Source: Ruditapes philippinarum
Taxonomy: Eukaryota
Direction: 5' to 3'
Length of the DNA stretch: 64,000 bases
NCBI RefSeq assembly: GCF_026571515.1
Contig: NW_026858506.1
Location: 62,001-126,000, forward strand
Shown here: one piece after another, positions 40,701 through 53,500 of the stretch
Layout: every line of letters begins with the position of its first letter
Numbering within the stretch: the stretch's first letter is position 1
The notes under the pieces: generated by a model
Database searches by the model: none
What the model saw: only the letters and a program-made list of their open reading frames with translations
Told to the model about the DNA's origin: nothing
Translations under genes and position numbers: made by a program

Positions 40701-42610
40701 TTATTTCATTATATGCTTTTTTAAATATTTAAAAAAAAAATATATATATCTATTAACTTAAATGACCTGCATTGCATTTGCAAGTGTCCATTCTTCCTTG
40801 AGGTCAGTTTCGATAGCAAAATGCTATAACCAAACAGCCAAATATAGATTCCAGTCAGAATGTATCAACAAATAAGTGGGCCTGGCTCCGCACTTAAGGC
40901 AATAGGTCCTTATAACTGCCATTTGAGCTTTAAAAAATTCAGCTAACTCGGTCGCTATGCCATGTATCTATATTCTACATTTGTAAAATCTTTTAGCTTT
41001 AGCTGTCATGTAACGCCGACATAATATTTGTGACAAATAACGTGTTACTTTCGTGACAATATCATCTCTCATATTGTGAAAGCTTTAGCTACAATTTATA
41101 CTACACGTTTAATGTAAATATAAAATGCTTACATCTATTTATTATACCCTGCCCCTCACTGCAAGACTTTCGTCACAAGGAAATATGAATTTGAGATGGT
41201 AAACGTGCATAATCTTTCACAAGTCTTTCCCCTTCCAAATATTTAAATAATATTTGAACAAGTAAAGGATGTGGAGTATCGAAAATAAAGGTTCACTTGT
41301 TATGCCATAAAAATTGGACTATAAAAAGAGGCGAAAATATTAGTTTTTCCTATTGGGGGAAATATATCATTATCTAAAAGACACCATGTGTGTTCTTTAA
41401 TAAAGTACGCAAAAATGAATACTTGGCATCCAGGTTCAAAGGATCATAACTTATTCCACAAAGTATAACCAGTTAGGACAGTTTTGTTTTCTGCCGTTCA
41501 TATATCAACCACCAAAATTGTTCACTCGTATATATGATCATTATCATTCCGCTGGAATAATTAAATAGGTTGAATTCTCACACTTGGGTGACCCAAACCT
41601 TAATTACGCTAAGGTGAAATAAGAATGGGATGGATATCGCTATATTAAACACGTTCTTTAAACAAGTATCAATTGAATCTCGCATTATCGTCAAAATCTA
41701 TTCATTAACTTAAAGAATGAAATCCGGGGCAAGCCCACTTCGTATCTAAAAATTTCACCTTTGTAGCATTCCCTACAGAATCAACTTGGCGTGAATGGCT
41801 CTTATTACATTATAAAATTCGTATTTCATATTTCACCTTACATTATTTCTGAATACATTATCTTCAGCTCAAATGTCTTCACTTAAATCGTTATGACAAT
41901 TGAAAACATTTCTTTGATAACTTACATAATTAAAACCATCTTACAAAAAAAGACTGGTTTCTTGTATGTAAAAAAACTGAAAATTTTCCGTCATGAAAAA
42001 ATAAAGTTTGTTTAAAACATGTCAAAATTTGATTGATGAACACTTTAAGATTTGTCTGTACTAAGTTTTTGTTAATTATCAAATCTTTTTATATGTTTAT
42101 TTATTTTCTTGTTACTGTCACCTTCTGATATAAATAGTATAATTAGGTTAAAAAAATAAATCAAATGCCAGAATCATATACATTGTATATCTAAAACATT
42201 GACTCTCGTCACTGTTATTGGGCACAGTGAGTTAATGTTATTTATAAACACACAAACAAAAGATTCCCCATTAAATTGTATGTAGATCTTTTTCAGGGAA
42301 TTTCATTCAAATATGGGGTTTAACACATATGCAAGTTCTACCCTGAATCAACAATTGTAAAGGCCTTTATTAACCTTCTGAATTTATGTATTGGATTTGC
42401 CCGGCTTTTAATTCGGAACAGTTCATTCAAAGTTATAGGGATTTTAATATTAAAATACAAAAAAGAAGTTACCAACAGTATAATACCTGGTCACATGGTG
42501 CACGCTAGCCTACCTCTATAAAATGTTAACCATGCACATGTGGTTCCAGCAGGTTCAAAATTTACAAGGGCAATAGTAAAATGTTTGTATTACATATTTA
42601 ATGTACTTAC

Positions 42611-42699
42611 TGTAAATTATTTGAGCTTTTTGTTTTTCCAAGTGTCTTGAAGAGGACTGCCCCAGGGGCAGATTTCCTTCTTGCAGACAAATGACGTCT
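42611..42699 (-). CDS. ARHGAP20: Coding exon, 89 nt: RRHLSARRKSAPGAVLFKTLGKTKSSNNL(Q)
   Basis: Acceptor aatttcAG, donor CA|GTAAGT, phase 0 to 2. RRKSAP..L.K.L matches the ARHGAP20 RRRSAPSLILDKAL motif. Confidence 0.88.
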
Positions 42700-43395
42700 C
42701 TGAAATTATACAAAAACAACATTTATCAATGATATGCTAAAAACATAAAACCTATTGTCTAAAGTTTGTTAATGAAAGGGAGGTAACTGCAATCTACATT
42801 TCATAGATATTTGCAAGATGAAACCAATATTTACAAACAATGAAAGAAGGTAACTAAATCCTGATATTAAATAAATACTTCTATTTACGCAGTAAATCAG
42901 TCATAAAACACAAATCCAATTGAATCCAAGAAAAAAATCCTAATTTAAAAAGATTTGGTACAAAATAAATATCCAACAAAATATTAACCAATTACAACAG
43001 CAACCACATTTAGAAAAGTCAGATACACATGTATCTTATAATAAACCTTCTTGTGACAAATGAATTTAAATTGTAATTATTTTCCTTGAGTTTTGACAGA
43101 CTCGATAAATCCTATAAAAAAATTATCTACTTATGTCTGAAAATGAACTACTGTAAATAATGAAAAACGAAAAACTAAATAATAGCATAGCAACAAGGTC
43201 ACCACCTTGTTTGACACCAGGTTATATTTTTATTGTAATATCATCTGATAAAGGTATGTAATAAAGCACTTGTATTATTCTCAAAAAAATTGCAAAAATT
43301 TAGAAATAGGTCTGTTATTTTTCATTTTTTTATGAAATACATTTTTAGTAAGTTTATCATAAGCTGAAGTTTTATTGTAAACATCCATTGCTAAA

Positions 43396-43610
43396 GTGAT
43401 GATGATGATGACAATACCGATAACGGTTATGATAAAAGTGATGATGGTAATGCTAGAAGTGATAATGATAAGTACAGTGATGATGATGATCAATATGATA
43501 AGGGATACAAATGATTAAAGTAATGAGGATGATGTTAGCAATCAAGATGATGATGATGACAACAATACAGATGATGATGATAATGATTTTTTATGTTAAA
43601 CATGATGATG
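43396..43610. repeat. Degenerate (GAT)n microsatellite
   Basis: Interrupted gat/gatgat runs; these explain the Ile/Thr-rich ORF 43281..43493. Confidence 0.85.
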
Positions 43611-46441
43611 AAAAGATATTGCCTGTATGATAAAGGCCTGATATGATGCAGAAAATTAACTCATAATGATTATAAATGTAATATATTTCCACAGATAAAA
43701 CTTAATACATTAGTGAATTAATCCAATGTTCAACAAATCACACTTCAATCATCCTTGTATTCCTTCTTTCAAAAAATCCATTTCATTTTCACACTATCTT
43801 ACAAACTAACAAAAAAATCTGCAATGTTAAATCATCAATCTGTTATCAAAGTTACATAAAATTAGTGAACTTATGGGGTCATATTTGAAATAACGTCTGA
43901 CAAGACGTACCTACAGACCCCGAATATCTACCATACAAATCTGAGAGCCATCTAACACTAAACAGACATTAAATTGGTATGTATGTAACACGATAACATA
44001 ATATACAGAATAAAATGGAAATTTCCAAATATAAGTGTCCATACCCGCTCTTCATCATAGAAAAACCCTCTGTTATGTAAATAGGGGCATAATCCCATAA
44101 TTCCGAAAGATATCGTTTCAACCATAAACTATTTAACTGTATCATATATGATGTTATCCGATCTTAAAACCGTCAAAAAACACAATGAGATACAGAAATT
44201 AAGAGGCAAAAATTGTTCTAGCAAAAATACATAAGACTCGTGCAAAACAAACTGATAAATGTCAGGATTACGGAAACAATATGATTAAGCGGAGGAAGGA
44301 GCGAACATGTTGTAGCATCGGCACTCAGACACGTGGGTCACGTTATCATTCACTTTCCCAATTAAGGCGAACAAATGGCCTCACTAATTACGCGAAATTT
44401 TAACATTTTAGCCACAAATTACCTAACAACTGGATTATTTCCGTTCAACACCGACTGCAGATATTTGACTCTCTATCAATTACCCATGCAGTTGTCTCCC
44501 TTTACTGGTATGTTCAATATAAAAGGGGAAGTAACTTTGTAAGTAATAGATACTTAATTGTTGATCTTTGGATTACAAATGACCCAGCATCATCCTAATT
44601 GCATAACATACCTTAAAAAGTTTGTGTATACATAAGAAAACTGTGTAGGCAAACAGTGGGCAAACATTACGGTTAAATACAATGACACATATTCACCTTT
44701 GAAACCCCCACAAAGATTATCTCTTTTAATCTCTTTGAATCAATTAACATTGCAGTGTTTCTAATGCATCATTTAGCCAAACGAACTATCTCTTAATTTT
44801 CCAAATACGTAAAGTCTTTAATGATAGTGCTTATGATTATTCATAGACATATGTTTTATTTTTCATGACGCCAAACAAATTAGTAAAATTATATTAAGTC
44901 AAAACACAATAAGTCACAGACACATTTAAGCCATCATGATCATGACAATTATAAAGGAGTCACACCAAAATCCTTATAATCATGAAACTGAAAGTCATTT
45001 AACAGAAGAAAAAGACGGTTCAGTTTAAAATAGCCAAATTGAGGAACGTTTTGGATACTATAAAAGTACATCGAAATTAAAAAGCTTCTGAGAAATAAAA
45101 ATAATTTAAAAGCTTTTCTGAGGCAAAATGGGCCTTTAAATGAGAAAAATTGCAAAAAAAAAATATTGCAGTAATAATCATCTATTATAATATACTATAA
45201 TCTTAGGCATTTGTCACTACAAAGTAAACTATCCTATGGTCTAGTACGAAGAAGTATTCTTAAACAATGTATGACGTCAAATTAAATTGTAAATCAAGTT
45301 TTTTGTTGTAAGATAACGGAACATGCACCGATTAATAATTTATACACCCATCAAATAACACTACATTACAAAAAACTTGTATACAAATAGATTAACCAGA
45401 CAAGAGATGATATGTTTTTTACCTTCCGCTTTTTTTTCGGACGACCACCCAGTGTGTGAATCCATCAGAAAATCACAGAATACTCAAATACAGAGGGACC
45501 ATAGTGGTTGAATATCAAAAATATTAATAAACAAATACCTTTAGAAGTTTGGGTACCAGAAATTTTCTAAGAAGTTCATAAAGGGAAATAATTTTGTAAA
45601 TATGATTCCTTCTGTATGGTCAGCGACTAATAAGTAAAATTCCACAGATATAAGTAAAGCTAATGCTTAGTTATTTTAAAGTCCATCAAGGAATGACAGA
45701 ATTGCTGTGTGTATATTTGGTTTATTTACCCTCGCCTCGAACCATATGGGCGAGCATATGACTGTACATCAATATCAATGCACATTTTTGAAAATTTCAT
45801 TTGGAGTCAAAATGTGACCTTGACTTTTGAGCTACAAGTGTGGGTCTTGCACGAGACTAATTGTCTCAATGTGCTACAACACATTTTTGCAAAATTATTT
45901 CAAAACCCATCCATTAATAGAGTTATGAACCAGACACAAAGAGTGGTTGGATGCAAGAACACCTGAAGGATGAAATACCGTATATGCCCTACCATTTTAT
46001 TTTTTTGCGGCGTTGGTGGGTGGGGGGCAGAAGTAAAAAAAAATCCGGTCAAAATCTACTTTCATTCCTGCTTCAGTTTTACAATAACAATCAAGCATAA
46101 ACAAACAAAACAAATATCAAGAATGAATCAAATCAAGTAATGTATCATCACCTTAGCCTCATGTTTTACAAGCCTGTACTAGTGTAGTAATATAACCTTA
46201 CACATTGCCCTGCATGTTTCAGGGTTTGATTATATGTTGTAACAGGTATCATTTAATGAGAGAGATTGGTAAAACACCATCTTAACATAACAACAACAGC
46301 ATTGACAAGAAACAACAACCACCCACCAGTTTACAGGAACTGTTGCGGATCTTGTTTGAGCTTTTTGTTGAAAGGAGTATCACTATATGTAAGGTCAGTG
46401 ACTTGTCATGAATCATAAAACATAATATCTAAAAATATTTA

Positions 46442-46640
46442 GGGGAGCGATGGTCTAGTGGTTAAGTTGTCTGCCTCTCAACCCAGAGATCATGGGTTTG
46501 AGCCCTACTCTGGCCACAATCATGCTTCTTTATATGACACCAGTACTGGTTGGTTCCAGGAAGCAGACTCGAAAGTGATTAATATAAGTTGCAAGAACTT
46601 GTTTCGCAATCAAGCTAAAATATTTTTAATATGTTAAACC
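46442..46640 (+). mobile_element. tRNA-derived SINE
   Basis: A box TGGTCTAGTGG, B-box-like GGGTTTGAGCC, a body containing ccagtactggttggttccagg and an A/T-rich tail. Related decayed copies at about 52355-52530 and 39480-39625. Confidence 0.65.
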
Positions 46641-47327
46641 AATCTAAAAATATTAATAATCAAGCAGAAAGTAATGTGGAACAAAAGACACAGTTATTGT
46701 AATCAAGTAATCCTGTATTTCTTTTTACCAGTATTGTTGCTAACCCTGTTTTTAAGCAGGACACTTAAAAACAGGGCTGGTAACACTGAACTGGTTGCTC
46801 AAATGTCAAATTGGCTCATATTATTTTTATCAAATTGTCAAAGATATCTACCATAATTATGTGGCATGTGAGGGATTCAAACTTGTGCACAAGAGATTGG
46901 GATGGCTAGACAAAGAAGGGCAATAGTTTTAATATCTCCATACCCAAACAAACAAACCTTAAATTCCCCTGCATTGCTGTACTAAAATCACAGTGCAGCT
47001 GCATGCACTGACAAAGAGCACTTAGGTAATGTAAACATATAAGTAACATGGCAACCATTCAACAAATTAACTATGTAAACACCAGCAATGCCACCTGTTG
47101 GTAACTCAATTTTAGTGTTTAGATATAAATTTTTGTTTGTTCCCTTTTAGGTCAGTCTGACACTGTGACTTTTACAGCTTTACTGGTGGAAGAAGACCTC
47201 CGATGTCTGTCTGTGCATTATTTCACGGGATGAAGGGCCGCCTGAGTAGAACCACCGACATTGACCTTCTGCAAGCTAGCTGGATACCTTATATTAATAA
47301 CCGGACATTTCAAATTCTATGCATCAG

Positions 47328-47546
47328 CATACATGTGAATTTTTTTTCGATGATCAAGTGGGAGATTTTTCTTCAAAAAGAGGGAGATTTTAGAATTTGC
47401 AATAAACAAAGGAAGTTCTGACATCAAAAATATGGAGTTTTTTTTTTTTATTTGTGAAAAAAAAAACCATTTTAAGAAAAATCTTTGAAAATATGGCTGC
47501 AGAAAGTGGGAGTCTCCCGCTTTAAGTGGGAGAGTTCACATGTATG
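47328..47546. mobile_element. MITE of 219 bp with a 6-bp TSD
   Basis: TIRs CATACATGTGAA / TTCACATGTATG, flanked by catcag on both sides (47322-47327, 47547-47552). Internal gggaga repeats. Confidence 0.7.
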
Positions 47547-50500
47547 CATCAGGCAAGTCCATTAAAGAATGGTTGAACCGTAAAAAACCCATTGAGCCAA
47601 GATTTCAGACATGTTCTTACAACAACTTGTAAATCAAGCTTGAAAAATTGAAAGGACATAATTTAATCCCCTAGCTTATAAAACCACTGAATATTCAGAT
47701 GAGGACCTAAAAAATTACAAAACACAAATTATAATATATGCGTCACTGATGGGCGTTAAAGATCACAAATAGTTAAAGAAAAATTCACGAACATAATAAT
47801 ATTTTTCGCTAGAATAGAGATCGAACATATCTTTATGGTTTTGTTAATACATCCGAACATTTATTTAGAATATTAAGTGCTTCAAATATTTTTCCAAATG
47901 TTTTCTTTTCACGAAAGTGTCTCTATCTTTTTCCACCTGATCTCTCACCCGATAAATTGCCCAGCGTGTCACTAAAGATTTTAATCTAGTGGGCTGATTA
48001 TATTAAACAGCCCCTGAAGAAGTACATCTTGTATGTGACATTGTTAGCGATTGTAATACTGTTAATGTAACAGTCGATTATAATGCAACACCAACGAAGA
48101 CAAATGTCGGAAAATCCAGATTCTCATAAACATTTTTAATGTCTTTACATCATTTTTAATTTTTTCTTTTTTTTTTCAGGCTTGATTTATTTCAAATTTA
48201 TTTCAAATTTTATAATTATAAAAAGTTAACCCCTTACATTTATGAACTGAAAGTGATAAACTTTTGCCACCAGTATAGAGCCTGGCCGATCTGCGCATTT
48301 GGCTGCATTGCACATTGGTGCAGTCTCACATTGGTGAAGTCTGACGAGGCTTTGAACTAGCTGTTGGCTGACAAACCTGATATCCCCAAAAATGTTAATG
48401 GGCAGTTTCAAATGGAAGCCGGACAAATTCAGCAGGTTTAAAATTAAAAAGATAACTGTTCATTTTTAGATTGAGGAGAAATTGTTTCATTTCATGCAAA
48501 GAAAGGTTACATTAAGGAACCTATAAAAGCCTAATTTCAATACAAAATTGATTCAGTATTTTGATAAAAATGAAAGAACGAGTTTCCACAAATAGCTGAC
48601 AACTTCTTTATATGAATAAAAATTTACATTTTTATGCAAAAATGCAAAGTGAATCAATCAATGACAACTAACTCATTGCAATAATGCAATTGAGGTCAAT
48701 CAATAACAAATAACTTATTAATGTACTGCAGTTTTAAAACACTGAACAAGTACAGCAGTAATGCAAAGAAATAACACAATACCAAGTGCAATACAATACT
48801 ATCATGCAATCATGAATGTACAATGCAAGTCTGCATTGCTTTAGTGCAAAAACAACAGTTAATACAATGCAATAATGTAATCTTGAATGCAGAACACTGA
48901 AAAATTACTTATTGTCATTATTAAAATTATTATGATAGTTAAAAAGAATTATTTAATTCCACAAACACTTTTGCAATAACATAAACACAGAGTGTCGTAA
49001 CATAAAGAGAGTGCAAATTGGCCTTTATTCTGAGGCCTGACAACACTAAAAGAAAAGTGCTTGCCTGCAAACAGTCAACTAACCTGACTATTATGTCTTG
49101 TATTTACAACTGAATTTAGTTGCTTTAGGTTCCGCTAAAAATAGAACAATCTAAAAATAAATTCTCTGAATTTAATTAAATTTTCATAAATTTATCACAT
49201 ACGAAAGTAGACAAAATGTTAATCTAAATTTTTCAAGTATACCTATAACAAAAGCCTTATATGGAAATTGTATTTACTTTTTTGATATCAATAAATTGAA
49301 CTTGCACATTTCAATTTATATTTTCAAAGAATAAAATCTGTAATGTTGTCTTGTTGATTTTGGACAACGAAAGATTTCAAATGTCGCAACTGAAAAATGC
49401 TTTTATTTCCAGTTTAGGTAATAAAATAAGTAATTCATTGAAAACCTAATAATGCATTATTTGATTAAAAAAAAGGACCTCATTGCAACACATGATAACC
49501 TATCTGAAATGACACTGCATTTTTAGCAAGGAGGCGAAAAGCCCCAACATTACATTGATTATAAACACTAAACATGAAAAGAAAACATAAAAAAATTCAA
49601 ACATTATTTCAAAAAGCAATGATTCAATGTAAATGTTACCGTAAGTCATTTATTTTTAAAAGAATGCTTAAACATTTACTACCAAACTGCCATGTCATTG
49701 GGTTGTCTGCTACACAATTCATTTTAAAAGATGGCTATGATACAATCGATACTTGTCAAAAACCTATCATATATATAGATACAATCCAAATAGTATCTAT
49801 CAAAATAACGTCCTATCTTCGGTAATTTAACGCCAATATAAATATGAAAAGGATTATCGTTACATAGATAGCTGTCTCCACACTATCCGATCATTTATGA
49901 CCTCAATTAATTTTGCACAGAGCATTTCCTTCGGATGGAATAATGATATTAACGTAACTATGTTGAAGTGAACGTCTGTCATCATGTTTGTTTACATTTC
50001 GGTTGTGAAGAATTTAATTAACTCCCAAAATATTGACGAAATATTATAGAAACTTAAATTCAAATTCCAATTAATCAATTCTTAATCAATGTTGTATGTT
50101 TTTACTGATTATTCAATTTCTACAAATTTTTTATAGTTTTCATGGTCATTCTTATTTGCATAATTCATTTTATTAAATTTAATCAATTAATTGTATATTT
50201 ACATTACAATAATTTATTGTACAATTTAATACATGTAGTTTAATGTATTTAGTTAAACATGGAAAATTTCTTCCTGCATTGTTTTTACAATTAATACAAT
50301 AAATCAAAACAAATTGGGGGCCTCACAATTTATATTAACTTACTAGTAAGTTAATATGATCTTACACTTTTTTCAAGAAGCTAATAAATAAAATTAAATG
50401 CAACTATTTCTTTTATGAAATATACCTTGGTACTCTTGATAACTCTAAAATTGTAACATTAAGGTACTGCATTTGTTATTTTACATAAAGTTGTGTATAA

Positions 50501-53500
50501 TATACTATAAATATGTTTTTAAGAAAAATTAAAAACACTGCTGAAAAAAGGTGTTAAATATAGATTTAATTTTATAACTGTATGTTTTACCTCATACTGA
50601 GGCCTCAAAACACTGGTAATAGTAAATACTGCGCCATATTCCAACAAATCGGCACTTCTCGAACGTCTGTGTTGATATATCTGATACATTTCCAATTACG
50701 TAAGAATATAACAATATTTTCAATTAACACACTTGACGAGCAATGTGAAACCACTGTCTTGTGCCGCTTAAAAACACATTTTTGCATCTGGCGCGTTAAT
50801 CCCAAAATTAAATTACATTGTGTTATGAAAAAATAGCAAAAGATAGCAATTTATTTTAGGAACGTTAGATTATCACCTGTGACAAGTTCAAGGGTCAATT
50901 TAAAGTGATAATTCCGCTATGTTTGTTTACATTCATGTATCATAAAACTCAATGGAAATGCCACAACGTTCAATCTATTTCTTTTTCTCACTAAATCCAC
51001 CACGAGGATACCCCAAATAGTTTTAACTCTAGCAAACTTTCTAATAAATCAAATGCCAACTCACAACACGCAAATAAAAAAAATAAAATTTATGGAACAT
51101 AATTCATGCCAAGACAATGACGAAGGAATATTTTTGATAATCCATTCACGTTTTTTAATTTCATTTTAAGAAGTTTGGTATAAAATAACCAGGGTCACTC
51201 CAACAATAAATTCTCTGTGACGCAGAATTTAGCATGAGATAACACTTCTGTTAAATAGAATTATTTACATATGTGTTTATGAACATAAAATTCTCTCTTC
51301 AGATCACATATCAAAACAAAATGTTATCTTTCATCATATCATTATTATAAAATAAAATTCAAAATTTTGCATAATTCTTCAAAAAATGAGGTTCGGTCGG
51401 GATGGTAAACAATTATTTTAACATAAGACTAATATCCGAGGGTAAATTTATAGATGTACACCACCATTTGGCAAAAAGTCACCTAAATTTTCAAATAACA
51501 TAATTCATACAAAGGAACCTTTGTTTTTAATAACATGGATCTTTCTCTTCAATATGAAATTAATGAAAGGTTAACAAAGCTGTTATGGGATGCAGCTCTG
51601 TTTACCATATGGTACGCTTGCAGTAGTATATATATAGTTATCAACCTTCTTTCAAAATAACTTCAATTCAGTGGTAATAAACTAATAGTCACCACTAATG
51701 GCAATATAAGTGGAGGAACAGAAGGAACATGTATAGTCACTAAGATAAAAGTTAAAATTCATCATGCGAAGCTTTCCATACAGTGATTTTGGACCTGGCA
51801 ACTTTTTTCAGAATTTCTATAGCAGCCAACATTAGAGTCTTCAAGCCAAGTACACTGGTATGTGGTTTGCCTGCTGTAACTCTGCTTTAATGGCAGGCTC
51901 CATATTAAGGTGACACACTATATTTAAGGCATAGCTTCTATCAAAGGAAACATGAAGAAAATTCATGAATTAAATACAACTGTAATAGTGAAGTTGTTAA
52001 AGGAGGGGTTAATTAGACATTGACAAACTGTCTCCTGTCATCTACAGATGTTTCTCCATTGATCTGATGTTCTTTTGAATTTGGACTTGTCAATTACTTC
52101 ATAGTCAAAAGGATCATAAAATTCAAATCAAAAGATAAGTGGAGAAAATTTAGGTAATGACCTAGCACTATATAAACTTGTTGGCATCAATGGTCCTTTT
52201 CTGCAACAACACATATTACAAATTCAAATATTAACACTGAAGTTATTAGGTGATGTTAAGCATATTTAGGGAAGATGGTATTTTAAGATAATGTTTCAAG
52301 GTTATTTGATAAAAGACAATCTATTTAATACAAAAGGTGAGCATTTGACTTACTGCAGATAGGGAACTGTCTATGCCTGTGAACCTAGGGATTGTAGGTT
52401 CAAACCCTACTTAGGTTCACGATAATTCTAAGGGCAATTGTTGTTTCAAGGATGCAGACAAGAGTGCGGTTCAAGTTAACTTCAAGTCTTAATCAAAATC
52501 AAGCAAAAATAGGTATTTTTAAACTAAAAAGGTCTCTAAATCGGCAATAATCTTATCAAACATCTTGCCCTGTCATTACTGACCCGACAAAATCATGTGT
52601 CACAAGGTCTCGAGGAAGTATTTGGTTACATTTCATTTCGATCTGATGAGACAATTCATTGTGATATGTTATAGTTACTATCAGGTGTCTTTGATGTGCT
52701 ATATTTAAAAAAAAATGTAAATAAAACCAAGATTACGAACGCTGCACGCTTTTCGAAAGCCACAATCAGGGCCTCGTGCATTCTTTCATTTATTACAGTT
52801 AACCGAATAAATCAGAAATAGCATATGAAACTATGGGATGGAACATTGATTCTCCTAGCATCAAGAAATTCAAACAAGATCAGAAATAACTTTACGAGTA
52901 TTTCATTACTTCATGGCTTAATGACCGTCTTTTGAAAAAATTTTGTTAAAGTATTTTCAATATGCAGGTCTTCTTGACACACAGTGTATAATACAATGAC
53001 TGTTGAATAATTTCTGCAATTTATTGCATCTGGGTAAAAGTTAAAAAGTCTAATGGAAATTGCAGATTAAGTAATTAAACTCTATGATAAACATATTTTT
53101 TTCAAGATCGATTGTGAATAAAAGTTCTTTATGACTTTCAATTGATCAATTTTGAGTATGCTTCCTGAAACTAAACCAGTGCTGTTGTCATGTGACGAAG
53201 TAAGGTCCTATAAACTGATATAGTCAAAATGGAAACCTTAAAGTCCATAAACAGTGAAAACCTGAAAATTTTACAGACTCAGTTCGATTGTACCTTTCAT
53301 GGACTGTTGTGGGAAAAAAATGCAAGCTACTGTCCAAAAAATGTGAATCCATACAGTCATAGTAGTGATACTCTACTAAATGACCACTTGATCCAAGGAG
53401 TTGCTTTCATACCAAATCCTCTCATCCTTACAAATTGGCTCAAACCCTTTTAATCATATTTTGAAACCTAATAACATACTGAATGTCTTAAGTTAAATGG

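Noticed and set aside
43281-43493. Hydrophobic Ile-rich ORF as a membrane peptide
   Set aside because: It is the translation of a degenerate (ATC)n microsatellite.
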